23,764 nucleotides of DNA, taken from the NCBI GenBank assembly GCA_040905425.1, contig JBBDRO010000043.1, positions 17,417 through 41,180 of the forward strand. Direction: 5' to 3'. This document shows positions 1 to 8,737 of the stretch, piece by piece. The stretch comes from Gemmatimonadota bacterium. GTDB taxonomy: Bacteria; Gemmatimonadota; Gemmatimonadetes; Longimicrobiales; RSA9. The notes below the pieces were generated by a model that was given only the letters and a program-made list of their open reading frames with translations, did not search any database and had not been told where the DNA came from. Positions within the stretch are counted from its first letter, which is position 1, and every line of letters starts with the position of its first letter. The translations under genes were made by a program, and so were the position numbers.

Positions 1-62
1 GCCGGATCACCGGGGTCGCCCCTGTCGGCCGCCGGCCCGACCGCGTGCGCCTCAGCGTTCAC
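1..62 (-). CDS. 5' end of a gene truncated by the window edge (MNAEAHAVGPAADRGDPGDP...), possibly the T2SS ATPase GspE
   Basis: GTG at 62-60 overlaps the gspD stop in a GTGA arrangement, like most junctions in this operon, and the frame is open to the edge. GspE is the core T2SS component missing from the window. The identity is inferred from position only. Confidence 0.35.
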   Translation of the reverse strand, partial: MNAEAHAVGPAADRGDPGDP

Positions 63-1618
63 GAGCGTCCGCCCCGGACGGCCCCGGCCGGAGGCGCCGC
101 CATGGTATCCGGCAACACCATGGTGCCCGGCAGTAACATGGTATCCGGGGGCAGCATCGTGTCCGGCAGCACCACCGGCGGGATGAGCGGCAGGATGGGG
201 GTGAGGGACTCCAGCAGGCGCGCGTTGGCCTCGATCTCCCGCTTCATCCGGTCGGCGTCCTCATCCGAGTGCACGATGTGCGGCGTCAGGAAGAGGAAGA
301 GCTCGCTGGTGGCGTCCGCGTTCCGTGTGGAGCCGAAGAGGAAGCCCAGCACGGGGATGTCCTTGAGGAAGGGGATGCCGCTCCGGATGCGATCCTCCAG
401 CTGGTCCACCAGTCCGCCGATCACCACCGTCTGCCCGTCGCGCGCCAGCAGCTGGGTCTCGGCCTCGCGGGTGCTGATAACGGGCGCGTCGAACTGCACC
501 TCGTTGGTGGCGCTGCTCACCATCTGGGTGAGCGTCAGGTTCACGTACCCCTCGGGATTGATGGTCGGCAGGATGATGAGTTCTGTGCCCACGTTGCGGT
601 ACTGCACCGACTGCTGGGCTCCTCCGCCCTGATTGGGGGCGGTGAACTGCAAGGCCACGAAGGGGCGCTCCGAACCGACCAGGATGCGCGCCTCCATGTT
701 GTTCTGCGCCTGGATGACCGGCCGGGAGAGGATGCGCACGTTGCCCGAGGCCGCGAGCGCGGAGAGGGTGGCCTCCACGTCGATGTCCCCGGTGCTGGAC
801 ATGCGCAGGGTGAAGTTGTCGGGCGTGACGTCATCCAGCAGTTCACCACGCGTGCCCTCCGTGTCCTCCGCCGCGAAGGCCACGCCCACGTTCAGGTCGT
901 CCGTCCGGCGCACCTCCGCGATCACCACCTCGATGAGCACCTGGAGCGGCCGCAGGTCGAGCGAACCGAGCGCCTGCTGCATGACCTGCCAGTCGGCGGG
1001 GGTGGCACGCACGAGCAGCGAGTTGGTGGTCTCGTCAGGCACGATCAGCACGTCTCCTTCCAGCGCACCGCTGAGGCCCGCGCGGCGCAGCGCCTCCTCC
1101 TGGACGCGCACGTTCACGCCCTGCTGCTGCAGGTTGCGGATCTGCTGGGAGAGCGCCTGCGTGCGCTGCGGGTTGCTGGTGGTGATGCCGCCGCCGCCGA
1201 AGAGCTGCTGCAGCGTCTCGGCCAGCACCGTGGCCCGGGCGTGGCGCAGGCGATGGATGTAGAGGCGCCGGTCGTCGGGCGGCTCGGTGTCCTCGCCCCC
1301 GCCGCGCAGTTGCAGGAACGGCCCATCCTCGATGACCGCGATGCCGTTGGCCGCGGCCAGGCTGCGGATGAGGTCCACGAGCGAGGCCAGCGGCACCGGC
1401 GTCTGCGTGCGCAGCGTCACCGGCTTGGCGGGCAGGTCCGTGTAGATCACGTTGATCCCGGCCGCCTGCGCCAACGCCGAGATGACGAAGCCCAGGTCGG
1501 CGTCCTGGAAGGTGAGCAGGACGCCGCCCTGCGCGGGCCGGACGGGTACTTCCTGCGCCGGCAGCGGCGCGGCGGCGGCCACCAGCAGCAGGGCCGCAAG
1601 GAGGGGGGCTCGTGTCAT
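59..1618 (-). CDS. gspD: Type II secretion system secretin GspD (compact form)
   Basis: Signal peptide (MTRAPLLAALLLVAAAAPLPA-Q); N0-like FQDADLGFVISALAQAAGINV; one N-domain ending IVPDETTNSLLVRAT; secretin motifs QVLIEVVIAEV, ILSRPVI, GQTVVIGGL, GIPFLKDIPVLGFLFG, ELFLFLTPHIV. Confidence 0.93.
   Translation of the reverse strand: MTRAPLLAALLLVAAAAPLPAQEVPVRPAQGGVLLTFQDADLGFVISALAQAAGINVIYTDLPAKPVTLRTQTPVPLASLVDLIRSLAAANGIAVIEDGPFLQLRGGGEDTEPPDDRRLYIHRLRHARATVLAETLQQLFGGGGITTSNPQRTQALSQQIRNLQQQGVNVRVQEEALRRAGLSGALEGDVLIVPDETTNSLLVRATPADWQVMQQALGSLDLRPLQVLIEVVIAEVRRTDDLNVGVAFAAEDTEGTRGELLDDVTPDNFTLRMSSTGDIDVEATLSALAASGNVRILSRPVIQAQNNMEARILVGSERPFVALQFTAPNQGGGAQQSVQYRNVGTELIILPTINPEGYVNLTLTQMVSSATNEVQFDAPVISTREAETQLLARDGQTVVIGGLVDQLEDRIRSGIPFLKDIPVLGFLFGSTRNADATSELFLFLTPHIVHSDEDADRMKREIEANARLLESLTPILPLIPPVVLPDTMLPPDTMLLPGTMVLPDTMAAPPAGAVRGGRS
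101..172 (-). repeat. Four tandem degenerate 18-bp coding repeats at the gspD 3' end (VLPDTM/LPPDTM/LLPGTM/VLPDTM)
   Basis: Plus-strand units: catggtatccggcaacac (101-118), catggtgcccggcagtaa (119-136), catggtatccgggggcag (137-154), catcgtgtccggcagcac (155-172). Confidence 0.9.
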
Positions 1619-2391
1619 CGACCCGCTCCCGTGGGCTCGGCCACACCGGACGTGTCCGGACGGGGCCGGATCAGGACCGCGCCGCCCACGCGACCGCGCA
1701 CGGTCCCGGCGGAATCGCGCAGGATGAGGCCTCCCTGCCCCCCTGCCCGCTGTCGCATGAGCTGCTGCTGCTGCTGCAGCAGGCTCTCGCGCACCTGCAT
1801 GAACTCGACCGTAAGCCGCTCCGCCTGCTCCTCCCGGCCCCGCCGCCGCCGGTCATCCCGGTCCTCGCTGGGTGCGGGCGGCGTCATGCGCGGGTCGGCC
1901 ACGGCCAGCTGCACCACCTGCTCACCCCGTGTGAGCTCGGCCCCATTGCGGTGTACGGTGGTGAGCCGGAAGCCCATGACGGCGTCTCCCACCCTCATGA
2001 AGCGGGGCTGCTGCTCCCCTTCGGAACGGATCAGGGCAATCCCGCCGCCATCCCCCATGACCACGGTGCCCAGCACCTGCACGGCCGGTGGCTCCGGCGG
2101 CGGCTCCGGCGGCGGCGCCGGCTCCTCGGGGCGCGGGTCCCCGGGCATGCGGTAAGGGAGAGGTGCCGGCGCGCGCTCGGGCCGGAAGGGGTCGTGCTCC
2201 GCCACCAGCTCCAGCGCCGCCGCGTCCAGGCGCGGCTGGCTGGTGGGCGCAGCCGCCGCGTCGGGTGGCGCAGGCAACTCGGCGGTCACCTGCGGCAGAC
2301 TGACGGCGCGCCAGGCCGAGGCCGCGAAGAGGGCACCGGCGCCGAGCGCGGCCGCGCCCGCCAGGAGAACCGCTCGCTGCGTGATGCTCAT
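1615..2391 (-). CDS. Single-pass membrane protein of the T2SS cluster, GspC-like
   Basis: ATG at 2391 overlaps the upstream stop (ATGA) and has GGAAGG upstream. N-terminal TM helix, then HDPFRPER, a Pro-rich linker, and VLGTVVMGDGGGIALI...MRVGDAVMGFRLTTV resembling a GspC HR / PilP-type beta domain. Lies directly before gspD. No PDZ domain is apparent. Confidence 0.6.
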   Translation of the reverse strand: MSITQRAVLLAGAAALGAGALFAASAWRAVSLPQVTAELPAPPDAAAAPTSQPRLDAAALELVAEHDPFRPERAPAPLPYRMPGDPRPEEPAPPPEPPPEPPAVQVLGTVVMGDGGGIALIRSEGEQQPRFMRVGDAVMGFRLTTVHRNGAELTRGEQVVQLAVADPRMTPPAPSEDRDDRRRRGREEQAERLTVEFMQVRESLLQQQQQLMRQRAGGQGGLILRDSAGTVRGRVGGAVLIRPRPDTSGVAEPTGAGR

Positions 2392-3098
2392 GGGATCCAA
2401 CCTTCCTTACCGGGGTCGGCCGCCGCGATCCCCGCGGCGCGCCCGTCATCCGTGTCCTCGATCTCGGCCGGTGCGTACGCTTCCACCACGAAGGAGAAAG
2501 CGACGACGCCCATCTCCTCCGGCGCCGGGCCCGCGCGCTCCCGGCCACTGCCGGCACGCGGGCGCACATCCAGCGCCCGCACACGCATGAGCAGCGGACT
2601 GCTCTCGATGCGATGCAGGAAGCGGGTGAGGCCGGCCACGTCACTCTCACCCTGCACCGCCACCTGCACCGCCACGACGCCCGCCGGCGCCGTGGGCGCG
2701 TCCACCGGCTCCACCCCGCGCACGCCCTGCAACAGCACGCGCGAGGCGCTGGCCACGTGCTCCAGCGTACCCGTCAGCGCCGCCTCGGCCAGCGGCCGAT
2801 TGGAGGCCCGCACGAGCCGTTCGCCGCTGGCGGCCGCCAGGCGCTCCGCGTCCGTCAGGCGCGCGGGCAGCTCGGCCGCGGTGGCCACCAACCCCTGTTC
2901 GCGCGCGAGCAGAGCGCGCTCCGTGCTCAGGCGGTCGCGGACATCCTGCAGCGCCGCCGTGTACGGGCGGACGGCGCCCGCCCAGAGCAGCGCCGGCAGC
3001 AGCACCGCGGCGCCGAGCAGGAGGGCGCGGCGATCGCGCTCACCCAGGCTGGCCAGACGCCCGCGTAGCGTTTTCGGCGCCTCACGCAGCCACCTCAT
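2388..3098 (-). CDS. gspM: T2SS inner-membrane platform protein GspM (PilO-like)
   Basis: ATG at 3098 via ATGA overlap (the ORF-track start is too long). SLGERDRRALLLG then TM helix, coiled coil and a ferredoxin-like C-terminus (VQVAVQGESDVAGLTRFLHRIES...VRALDV). Confidence 0.75.
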   Translation of the reverse strand: MRWLREAPKTLRGRLASLGERDRRALLLGAAVLLPALLWAGAVRPYTAALQDVRDRLSTERALLAREQGLVATAAELPARLTDAERLAAASGERLVRASNRPLAEAALTGTLEHVASASRVLLQGVRGVEPVDAPTAPAGVVAVQVAVQGESDVAGLTRFLHRIESSPLLMRVRALDVRPRAGSGRERAGPAPEEMGVVAFSFVVEAYAPAEIEDTDDGRAAGIAAADPGKEGWIP

Positions 3099-4405
3099 GG
3101 CCGGCCTCCCGCGCCGGCGGGAGACACCCGCGTGGGGGGCGGCGGCACCACCCGAGCCGTCAGGGTGAAGCGCTCGCGCGCCGTGCTGCCCTGGCTCATC
3201 TCCCGATCCACCACGCCGCGCAGACGCACGTCGCGCAGGCTGGCCGCGGACCGGAGCGCCTGCAGCGCGGCCCCGGCGCGGCCGGCCACCACGTCCGCCA
3301 CCAGCGTGTCTCCCGTCGTGCGCAAGCCCTCCACGTGCGCGTCCTCCGGCAGCAGCAACGCCAGATCGAGGAGCGCGGGCGTCCATGCCGGTGCGTCCGT
3401 GGCCAGGGCGCCCACGGCCGCCGTGCGCTCCGCCAACGCGTCCACGGAGTCCCGCAGTACCAGCAGCGGCGCTACCTCGGCGCGCAAGGCGGTACGCCGC
3501 TCCTGTACGGCCTGCAGCTCACGCTCGGCGCCCCAGAGCTCGAGCGCCGCGGCGCCGATCAGCAGGAGGACGGCCGCGGCGGCCAGCAGCGCCGCGCGCG
3601 TCCGGGCACCGGCACGCAGGGCGGCGGCGTGATCCGGCGTGACCAGCTCCGGCGCCGCGCGCTCCGGGTGGCTGGCCGCCGCCCGTAGCGGGTCCGACCC
3701 GTCCCGCCCGGCAGCCGAGGCGGGCAGCGCGGCGCCGAGCGTGCGGCGGACCTCCGGGTCATTGCTCAGCACCAGCACCCGGCCGGGCGCGGCCCCCGCC
3801 AGCTCGTCCAGCGCGGCGGGGGGGAGGCGGCGCAGCGTGGTGATCCGCCCCGTCGTGCCGCCCACCACGTAGAGCATGTCTGCCAGGGCTATGACGGCGC
3901 GGTCGGCGCCGACCGCTCGGGCGGCCGCCAGCCAGGCCCCGTGGGCGGCGGCCACACCGTCCACCCGCCAGCCGGCCGCCGTGGCGGCCGCGCGCAGGCC
4001 GTCCACGAGCGCCATGGGCGCCGCGGCGGCGAGCAGTGAGCCGCCCGCCCCACGGGGCCGCTCGCCCACCCCTACCACGCGCGGCTCGCCGCCGTTCAGA
4101 AAGTAGCGCCGTGGGTCGCGGCGCAGCACGGCCTCGGCCTCCCGCCGCCTGAGCGGCGGCAGTTCCACGAGCCGGGCATTCACGAGCGGCGGCAGGAGCA
4201 CCAGCCGCACGCCGCGCGGCGCGGCACTTGCCAGGCGCTCGTGCAGCTCGCGGAAGGCGGCCGCCAGCGCCTCGGGGGCCGCGGCGCGCACGCCACCCGC
4301 CACCGGGACTTCCGCCGTGGCGCTCCCGCACACGGCCACGAGCCGATCCCGGCCCACGGCCACCCCCGTCGCACGCCGTGCGCGCCCCGCCGCGAGCCGC
4401 CTCAT
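3095..4405 (-). CDS. gspL: T2SS protein GspL-like (cytoplasmic actin-like part plus PilN-like periplasmic part)
   Basis: ATG at 4405 via ATGA overlap. ARLVELPPL motif, internal TM helix, coiled coil, and LLDLALLLPEDAHVEGL...ERFTLTA as in GspL/PilN periplasmic domains. Sits between gspK and gspM. Confidence 0.7.
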   Translation of the reverse strand: MRRLAAGRARRATGVAVGRDRLVAVCGSATAEVPVAGGVRAAAPEALAAAFRELHERLASAAPRGVRLVLLPPLVNARLVELPPLRRREAEAVLRRDPRRYFLNGGEPRVVGVGERPRGAGGSLLAAAAPMALVDGLRAAATAAGWRVDGVAAAHGAWLAAARAVGADRAVIALADMLYVVGGTTGRITTLRRLPPAALDELAGAAPGRVLVLSNDPEVRRTLGAALPASAAGRDGSDPLRAAASHPERAAPELVTPDHAAALRAGARTRAALLAAAAVLLLIGAAALELWGAERELQAVQERRTALRAEVAPLLVLRDSVDALAERTAAVGALATDAPAWTPALLDLALLLPEDAHVEGLRTTGDTLVADVVAGRAGAALQALRSAASLRDVRLRGVVDREMSQGSTARERFTLTARVVPPPPTRVSPAGAGGRP

Positions 4406-5490
4406 CGATCCAGCTTGCGCCATACCACCACCGCTCCCGTCTGGGCGCGCGCCACTACCGTCCGCGTGCGCACCCGGACCGAACTGCCTTCCACCCACCC
4501 GTCGGCTATGATCTCCACCTCGTCCGTAGTGTAGGTGACGCGCCGCCCGAACTCCTGCTCCACGGCCTGGATGCCCGCCATGGCACCGGTCGAGAGGAGC
4601 TCCTCCAGATCCCGCTCCCGCCGCGGCAGGCTACCGGCCGCCCGCAGGCGCATCAGCTCCGACGCCGTGGCCGGCGTCATGCCCGGCAGCGCCAGCAGCA
4701 CCGGCTCGGGCGCCGCGTTCAGGTTCACCCGCCCGGAGCTGGTGAGCGTCAGGTACGGTTGCGCCGCCGCGTAGAGCTCGTCGGTCATGCCGCGCACCCA
4801 GCGTAGCTCCGCGAGTTCCTCGAAGGGCCGGTCCGGCGGCAGCACCGGCGCACCGTCCCGCAGGTACTGCTCCCGCTCGGCGCCGTTCAGCCGCGGGCTG
4901 TCATCCTCGTCCCGCCAGTCCAGGATGGCCTGCGCCAGCCGGTCCGCCAGAGCGTAGTCCAGCCGCAGCCCCTGGGCAAAGAACTGGCGCAGCATCTGCT
5001 CGCTGGCCTCGTTCAGGTTGAGCGCGGCGCCCGTGTCCCGCACGTGCAGCTGGAAGCGGGCATCGGCGAAGCCGTGCTCCTGGAGCACCAGCGCCTGCGG
5101 CTCGCGCCAGGGATCCTCCGCCGGGTCACCCGGGCGGAGGGCATCCTGCATGATGCGCTCCTGCAGCCGCTGCGGTCCGCGGAACCCGTCGCGGGTGCTG
5201 CGCGGGTTGCGCGCCACCTCCGCGCGGATCTCGTCGGCGCGGCCCACGATCCCCCCCCCCAGCCGGGCGCGGGCGTACTCCGCGCCGCCGAGCGCCGCCG
5301 CCCGCGCGCGGTGCTCGTCCAGCACGTGGGCCGCCGCCAGGCGGCGCGCCTTCGTGCGCAGGGACATGTCGAGCGCCACCGCGCCGAGCGCCACCAGCAG
5401 CCAGAGCGCGGCGATGAGGACGAAGCCGCGGCGCGCCGGGTGCGCTATGCGGCGTCGTCGCTTATTCCGGTGCGTGACGCGCGGCTTCAT
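4402..5490 (-). CDS. gspK: Minor pseudopilin GspK
   Basis: ATG at 5490 via ATGA overlap. Prepilin site RRG|FVLIAAL lacks Glu5, as is typical of GspK. Motifs LNLNEAS, LAQAILDWRDEDD, PFEELAELRWVRGMT, RVNLNAAPEPVLLALPG. Confidence 0.9.
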   Translation of the reverse strand: MKPRVTHRNKRRRRIAHPARRGFVLIAALWLLVALGAVALDMSLRTKARRLAAAHVLDEHRARAAALGGAEYARARLGGGIVGRADEIRAEVARNPRSTRDGFRGPQRLQERIMQDALRPGDPAEDPWREPQALVLQEHGFADARFQLHVRDTGAALNLNEASEQMLRQFFAQGLRLDYALADRLAQAILDWRDEDDSPRLNGAEREQYLRDGAPVLPPDRPFEELAELRWVRGMTDELYAAAQPYLTLTSSGRVNLNAAPEPVLLALPGMTPATASELMRLRAAGSLPRRERDLEELLSTGAMAGIQAVEQEFGRRVTYTTDEVEIIADGWVEGSSVRVRTRTVVARAQTGAVVVWRKLDR

Positions 5491-6095
5491 CGGAGCGAGG
5501 CCAGCGCCACACGGAGCGGCAGCCGAAGCAGTGCCGGCAGCGAATCGCCCGCCACCGGCCAGAGGGTAATCTCCACACCGCGCGGCAGGCTGTTGCCGAC
5601 CCAGCCGTCCACCCATTCGCCCACCCCCTCCGTCTCCGGATAATAGCGGATCTGCATGGCCCCGGCCTGTGGCACGAGCTCCATGCGGCGCGGCTCGGCG
5701 GTGAAGTCCAGCCCCGTCATCTCGGCCACCAGGCCGCGCTCCGGCGTGTCGGGGTCCTCGTCTATGTAGATGCCCACCACCGTGGAACGGTTGTTCAGCG
5801 GCGTGCGGGCCGTGGTCGGAAAGAGCAGCAGATCCTGCGGCAGGCCGCCTTCCCCCTCCCCCTCGATGCCCTCGAACTGCTCGCCCGTGGGCGCCCGGAA
5901 GCGGCTCCCCGCCAGCCAGTCCATGAGCAGCTTGCGCTGCGTGGCGCCCGCCAGGGCGTGCCGCCCGGTCTCCTCCACGTGTGCGCCGCGGTCCTGTACG
6001 GTGGCCAGCGCCGCGAACCCGGCCAGGAAGACCACGCCGGCCACCGTGAGGCCCACGATCATCTCGATCAGCGTGAAGCCGGCGCGGGGGCGCAT
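5487..6095 (-). CDS. gspJ: Minor pseudopilin GspJ-like
   Basis: N-methylation motif AG|FTLIEMIV; C-terminal WVDGW...LPRGVEITL as in GspJ; position between gspI and gspK. Confidence 0.78.
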   Translation of the reverse strand: MRPRAGFTLIEMIVGLTVAGVVFLAGFAALATVQDRGAHVEETGRHALAGATQRKLLMDWLAGSRFRAPTGEQFEGIEGEGEGGLPQDLLLFPTTARTPLNNRSTVVGIYIDEDPDTPERGLVAEMTGLDFTAEPRRMELVPQAGAMQIRYYPETEGVGEWVDGWVGNSLPRGVEITLWPVAGDSLPALLRLPLRVALASLR

Positions 6096-6502
6096 CAGCG
6101 GCCCGCCTCGGGCGCCTGGCCCACGACCGTGCCGCTGCGATGCACCAGCGTGCGCCGGGTGTAGGCGTGGCCGAAGCCCGCCACGGTGACCTCCGCGGCG
6201 AACAGGTCATACTCGTCCTCGACCGGCGCCACAGTGGCCTGCCAGCGGAAGTCCGTGAACGGCTCCGCAAAGACGCCCGCCGCCAGCGAGTCGGGCAGGT
6301 CCAGGAAGGCCTCCCGGTCCAGCAGCTCCAGCGCCATCTGGCGGTCCTCGGCCAGGGCGCTGGCCACGAGCAGCACGCCCGCCTGCTCACTGGTGCGCAC
6401 CTGGCCGCCCACCGTGGCGAGCAGCGCCACGGCGAAGAGGGAGACGATGGCCAGCGCCAGCACCGCCTCCAGCAGGACGAATCCGTCAGAACGCCAGGAC
6501 AT
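6095..6502 (-). CDS. gspI: Minor pseudopilin GspI-like
   Basis: Start ATG at 6502 (MSWRSDG|FVLLEAVLALAIVS); short protein with FRWQATV segment; position between gspH and gspJ. Confidence 0.75.
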   Translation of the reverse strand: MSWRSDGFVLLEAVLALAIVSLFAVALLATVGGQVRTSEQAGVLLVASALAEDRQMALELLDREAFLDLPDSLAAGVFAEPFTDFRWQATVAPVEDEYDLFAAEVTVAGFGHAYTRRTLVHRSGTVVGQAPEAGR

Positions 6503-7013
6503 CACCCGTCCATGGATCCAGGGTGAGCAGGACGCTGCGCGTACCGCTGCGCAGCACGAGGGAGTCACCCAGGGCCAGGCCGTGGGGGGTGAGCGTGAAG
6601 CGGGCACGTGCACGGGTGAGCTCGAGTCGCACGCTCGCAGGCAGCTCCAGCGCGGCTCCCGGCTCGAAGGCGGACGGGGTGCCGCGGCGCACCGGGGCCA
6701 CGCGCGCCATCCGCTCCGGTGCCGCGGCCAGTTCCGTGTCATCGACGCCGCCCGGCCGCGGGGGCACCACGAACCATACGTGGTGGGTGGCGGAGTCCAG
6801 CACCACCGTGACCGGCGCGGCGCCGCGGGCGGCGGAGTCGCGCGCCAGCCGGAAGACGGCCTCGAAGGTGCGCACGGCCGCCGTCAGATCGTCATCCGGC
6901 GCCATCTCCGAGCGCAGCGCTGGCACCGTAGCGGCCGCCACGACGGCCAGGATGAGCAGCACCACCACCATCTCCACGAGGGTGAAACCGGAGCGGCCCC
7001 GCGGCGCTCTCAT
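6486..7013 (-). CDS. gspH: Minor pseudopilin GspH/FimT-like
   Basis: SG|FTLVEMVVVLLILAV, FRLARDSAARG, and C-terminal FTLTPHG...LDPWTG. Confidence 0.78.
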   Translation of the reverse strand: MRAPRGRSGFTLVEMVVVLLILAVVAAATVPALRSEMAPDDDLTAAVRTFEAVFRLARDSAARGAAPVTVVLDSATHHVWFVVPPRPGGVDDTELAAAPERMARVAPVRRGTPSAFEPGAALELPASVRLELTRARARFTLTPHGLALGDSLVLRSGTRSVLLTLDPWTGDVLAF

Positions 7014-8209
7014 CGGAAGGACCCGGCGTTGACCCCGTAGATGGCCTGCAGCAGCGCCAGCGCCACCAGGGCCACCAGACCCCCGAAGATCATGATCATG
7101 GCGGGTTCGGCCAGCACCACGAGCCGTTCCACCGCCCGCTCCGTGCGGCTCTCCATCAGGTCCGCCGCCTTGAGGAGGAAGTCGGCCAGCCGGCCCGCCT
7201 CCTCGCCCAGCGCCACCAGCTGGGGGAGCACCGGCGGGAAGACCCCGCGCTCTGCGATGGCGGCGTGCAGCGCGTTGCCTTCTCGCACGCGCGTGCGAAT
7301 GCGATCGGTCTCGGCGCGCGCCACGGGATCGCTGGTGCAGTCGCGCGCGTCGGCCAGGGCGGTGAGCAGGGGTGCGCCGCCGCCCAGCAGTTCCCCGGTC
7401 ATGCGCGCGAAGGCGGCCCCCAGCGCCAGGCTGCGCCAGCGGCCGAGCAGGGGCACCGCCAGCAGCAGGCGGGATCCCACGGCCCGGCCGGAGGGGGTGG
7501 TGCGCAGCCAGGCCAGGAGCACCACCAGCGCCACCGGCAGCAGGGCCAGGAGCCGCCAGTGCTCGCGCGCGCTCATGGCCGCGTCCAGCACGAAGGCCGT
7601 GGATGCCGGCAGCGCCGCCCCCGAGGAGAGCAGCAGGTCGGCGAAGCGCGGCAGGACGAAGAGCACCAGCACCGCCACCGAGGCGGCGCCCACCACGGCC
7701 AGCAACGCGGGGTAGATGGACATGGAGACCAGCTTCGAGCGGAGCGCGTCCTGCCGCTCCAGGTGCCGGGCCAGCCGCTCGAAGGCCGTGTTCAGGGTGC
7801 CGCTCTTCTCCCCCGCCTGCACCACGCCGATGTAGAGTGAGGAGAAGAGGCGCGGATGCTCGCCGAGCGCGGACGCCAGCGTCTCCCCGCGCTCCACACG
7901 GCGCCGCACCGCGTCCAGCGCCGGTCGAAGGCGCTCCGGCGAGGCCGTGGTGGCGGCCGCCAGGGCACGGGCCAGCGGCATGCCGGCCGGCAGCAGCGCC
8001 GCCAGCGCGCGGGTGAACTCCAGCACCCCCCGGCGCGCGCCGAATCCGTAGCTGGTGGAGGCCGCGCGCGCGGCGGACTCCTTGACCTCCAGCGGCAGGA
8101 GGCCCTGCACCTCCAGCTCGCGGGTCACGGCCGTGGCGCTGGCCGCGCTCAGGCGGCCGCGCGTGCGGCGCCCGGCGGCGTCCACGGCCCGGTAGGCAAA
8201 GGTGGGCAC
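7010..8209 (-). CDS. gspF: T2SS inner-membrane protein GspF
   Basis: MPTFAYRAVDAAGR, FTRALAALLPAGMPL, VQAGEKSGTL, SIYPALL, LGEEAGRL, LAEPAMI: two T2SSF domains. Confidence 0.95.
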   Translation of the reverse strand: MPTFAYRAVDAAGRRTRGRLSAASATAVTRELEVQGLLPLEVKESAARAASTSYGFGARRGVLEFTRALAALLPAGMPLARALAAATTASPERLRPALDAVRRRVERGETLASALGEHPRLFSSLYIGVVQAGEKSGTLNTAFERLARHLERQDALRSKLVSMSIYPALLAVVGAASVAVLVLFVLPRFADLLLSSGAALPASTAFVLDAAMSAREHWRLLALLPVALVVLLAWLRTTPSGRAVGSRLLLAVPLLGRWRSLALGAAFARMTGELLGGGAPLLTALADARDCTSDPVARAETDRIRTRVREGNALHAAIAERGVFPPVLPQLVALGEEAGRLADFLLKAADLMESRTERAVERLVVLAEPAMIMIFGGLVALVALALLQAIYGVNAGSFR

Positions 8210-8236
8210 GATGCGCTCAGTCCCGGCGGCGCCGGC

Positions 8237-8683
8237 TCATTGCCAGCTGGCCACGTCGGCGTTCTCCTGCTCCCCGCCGGGCACGCCATCGGCGCCGTAG
8301 GAGAGCAGGTCGTAGCCGCGTGGATTCACCTGGCCGGGGCTCTCGTAGACGTAGGGATTGCCCCAGGGATCGGGCGGCACCGCCTTGCGCAGGTAGGGCC
8401 CGCGCCAGTTGCGCGGCCGGGGTTCGACGCGCGGCTCCTCCCAGAGGGCGTCGAGTCCTTGCTGGGTGCTGGGGTAGCGGCCGTTGTCCAGGCGGTAGGC
8501 GTCCAGCGCGGCGCCGAGCATCTCGATCTGCGAGCGCGCGGCGGCGTCATTGGCCGTTTCCACGTGCCGGAAGACATTGGGTGCCACCAGCGCGGCCAGC
8601 GTCGCAATGACCACGATCACCACCAGGATCTCGATGAGGGTGAAGCCCTGCCGGCCGGCCCTCGTCCTGCTCCTCGATTGCAC
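8237..8683 (-). CDS. gspG: Major pseudopilin GspG
   Basis: QG|FTLIEILVV, ALDAYRLDNGRYPSTQQGLDAL, NWRGPYL, DPWGNPYVY, SYGADGVPGGE...AD. GTG at 8683 is preferred because GGAGGT lies just upstream; the alternative is ATG at 8704. Confidence 0.95.
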   Translation of the reverse strand: MQSRSRTRAGRQGFTLIEILVVIVVIATLAALVAPNVFRHVETANDAAARSQIEMLGAALDAYRLDNGRYPSTQQGLDALWEEPRVEPRPRNWRGPYLRKAVPPDPWGNPYVYESPGQVNPRGYDLLSYGADGVPGGEQENADVASWQ

Positions 8684-8737
8684 TGCTACCTCCGCTCGTG
8701 GCATGACGCGTCCCGCCGCCGCGCGTCCGTTCGCCCC

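Noticed and set aside
101..172. CRISPR-like repeat array
   Set aside because: The repeats are contiguous, in-frame 18-mers inside a CDS with no spacers, and no cas genes are present.
59..8683. Type IV pilus assembly cluster
   Set aside because: GspG-specific motifs (DPWG, SYGADG) and a clear GspK favour a T2SS. No PilT or major type IVa pilin was seen.
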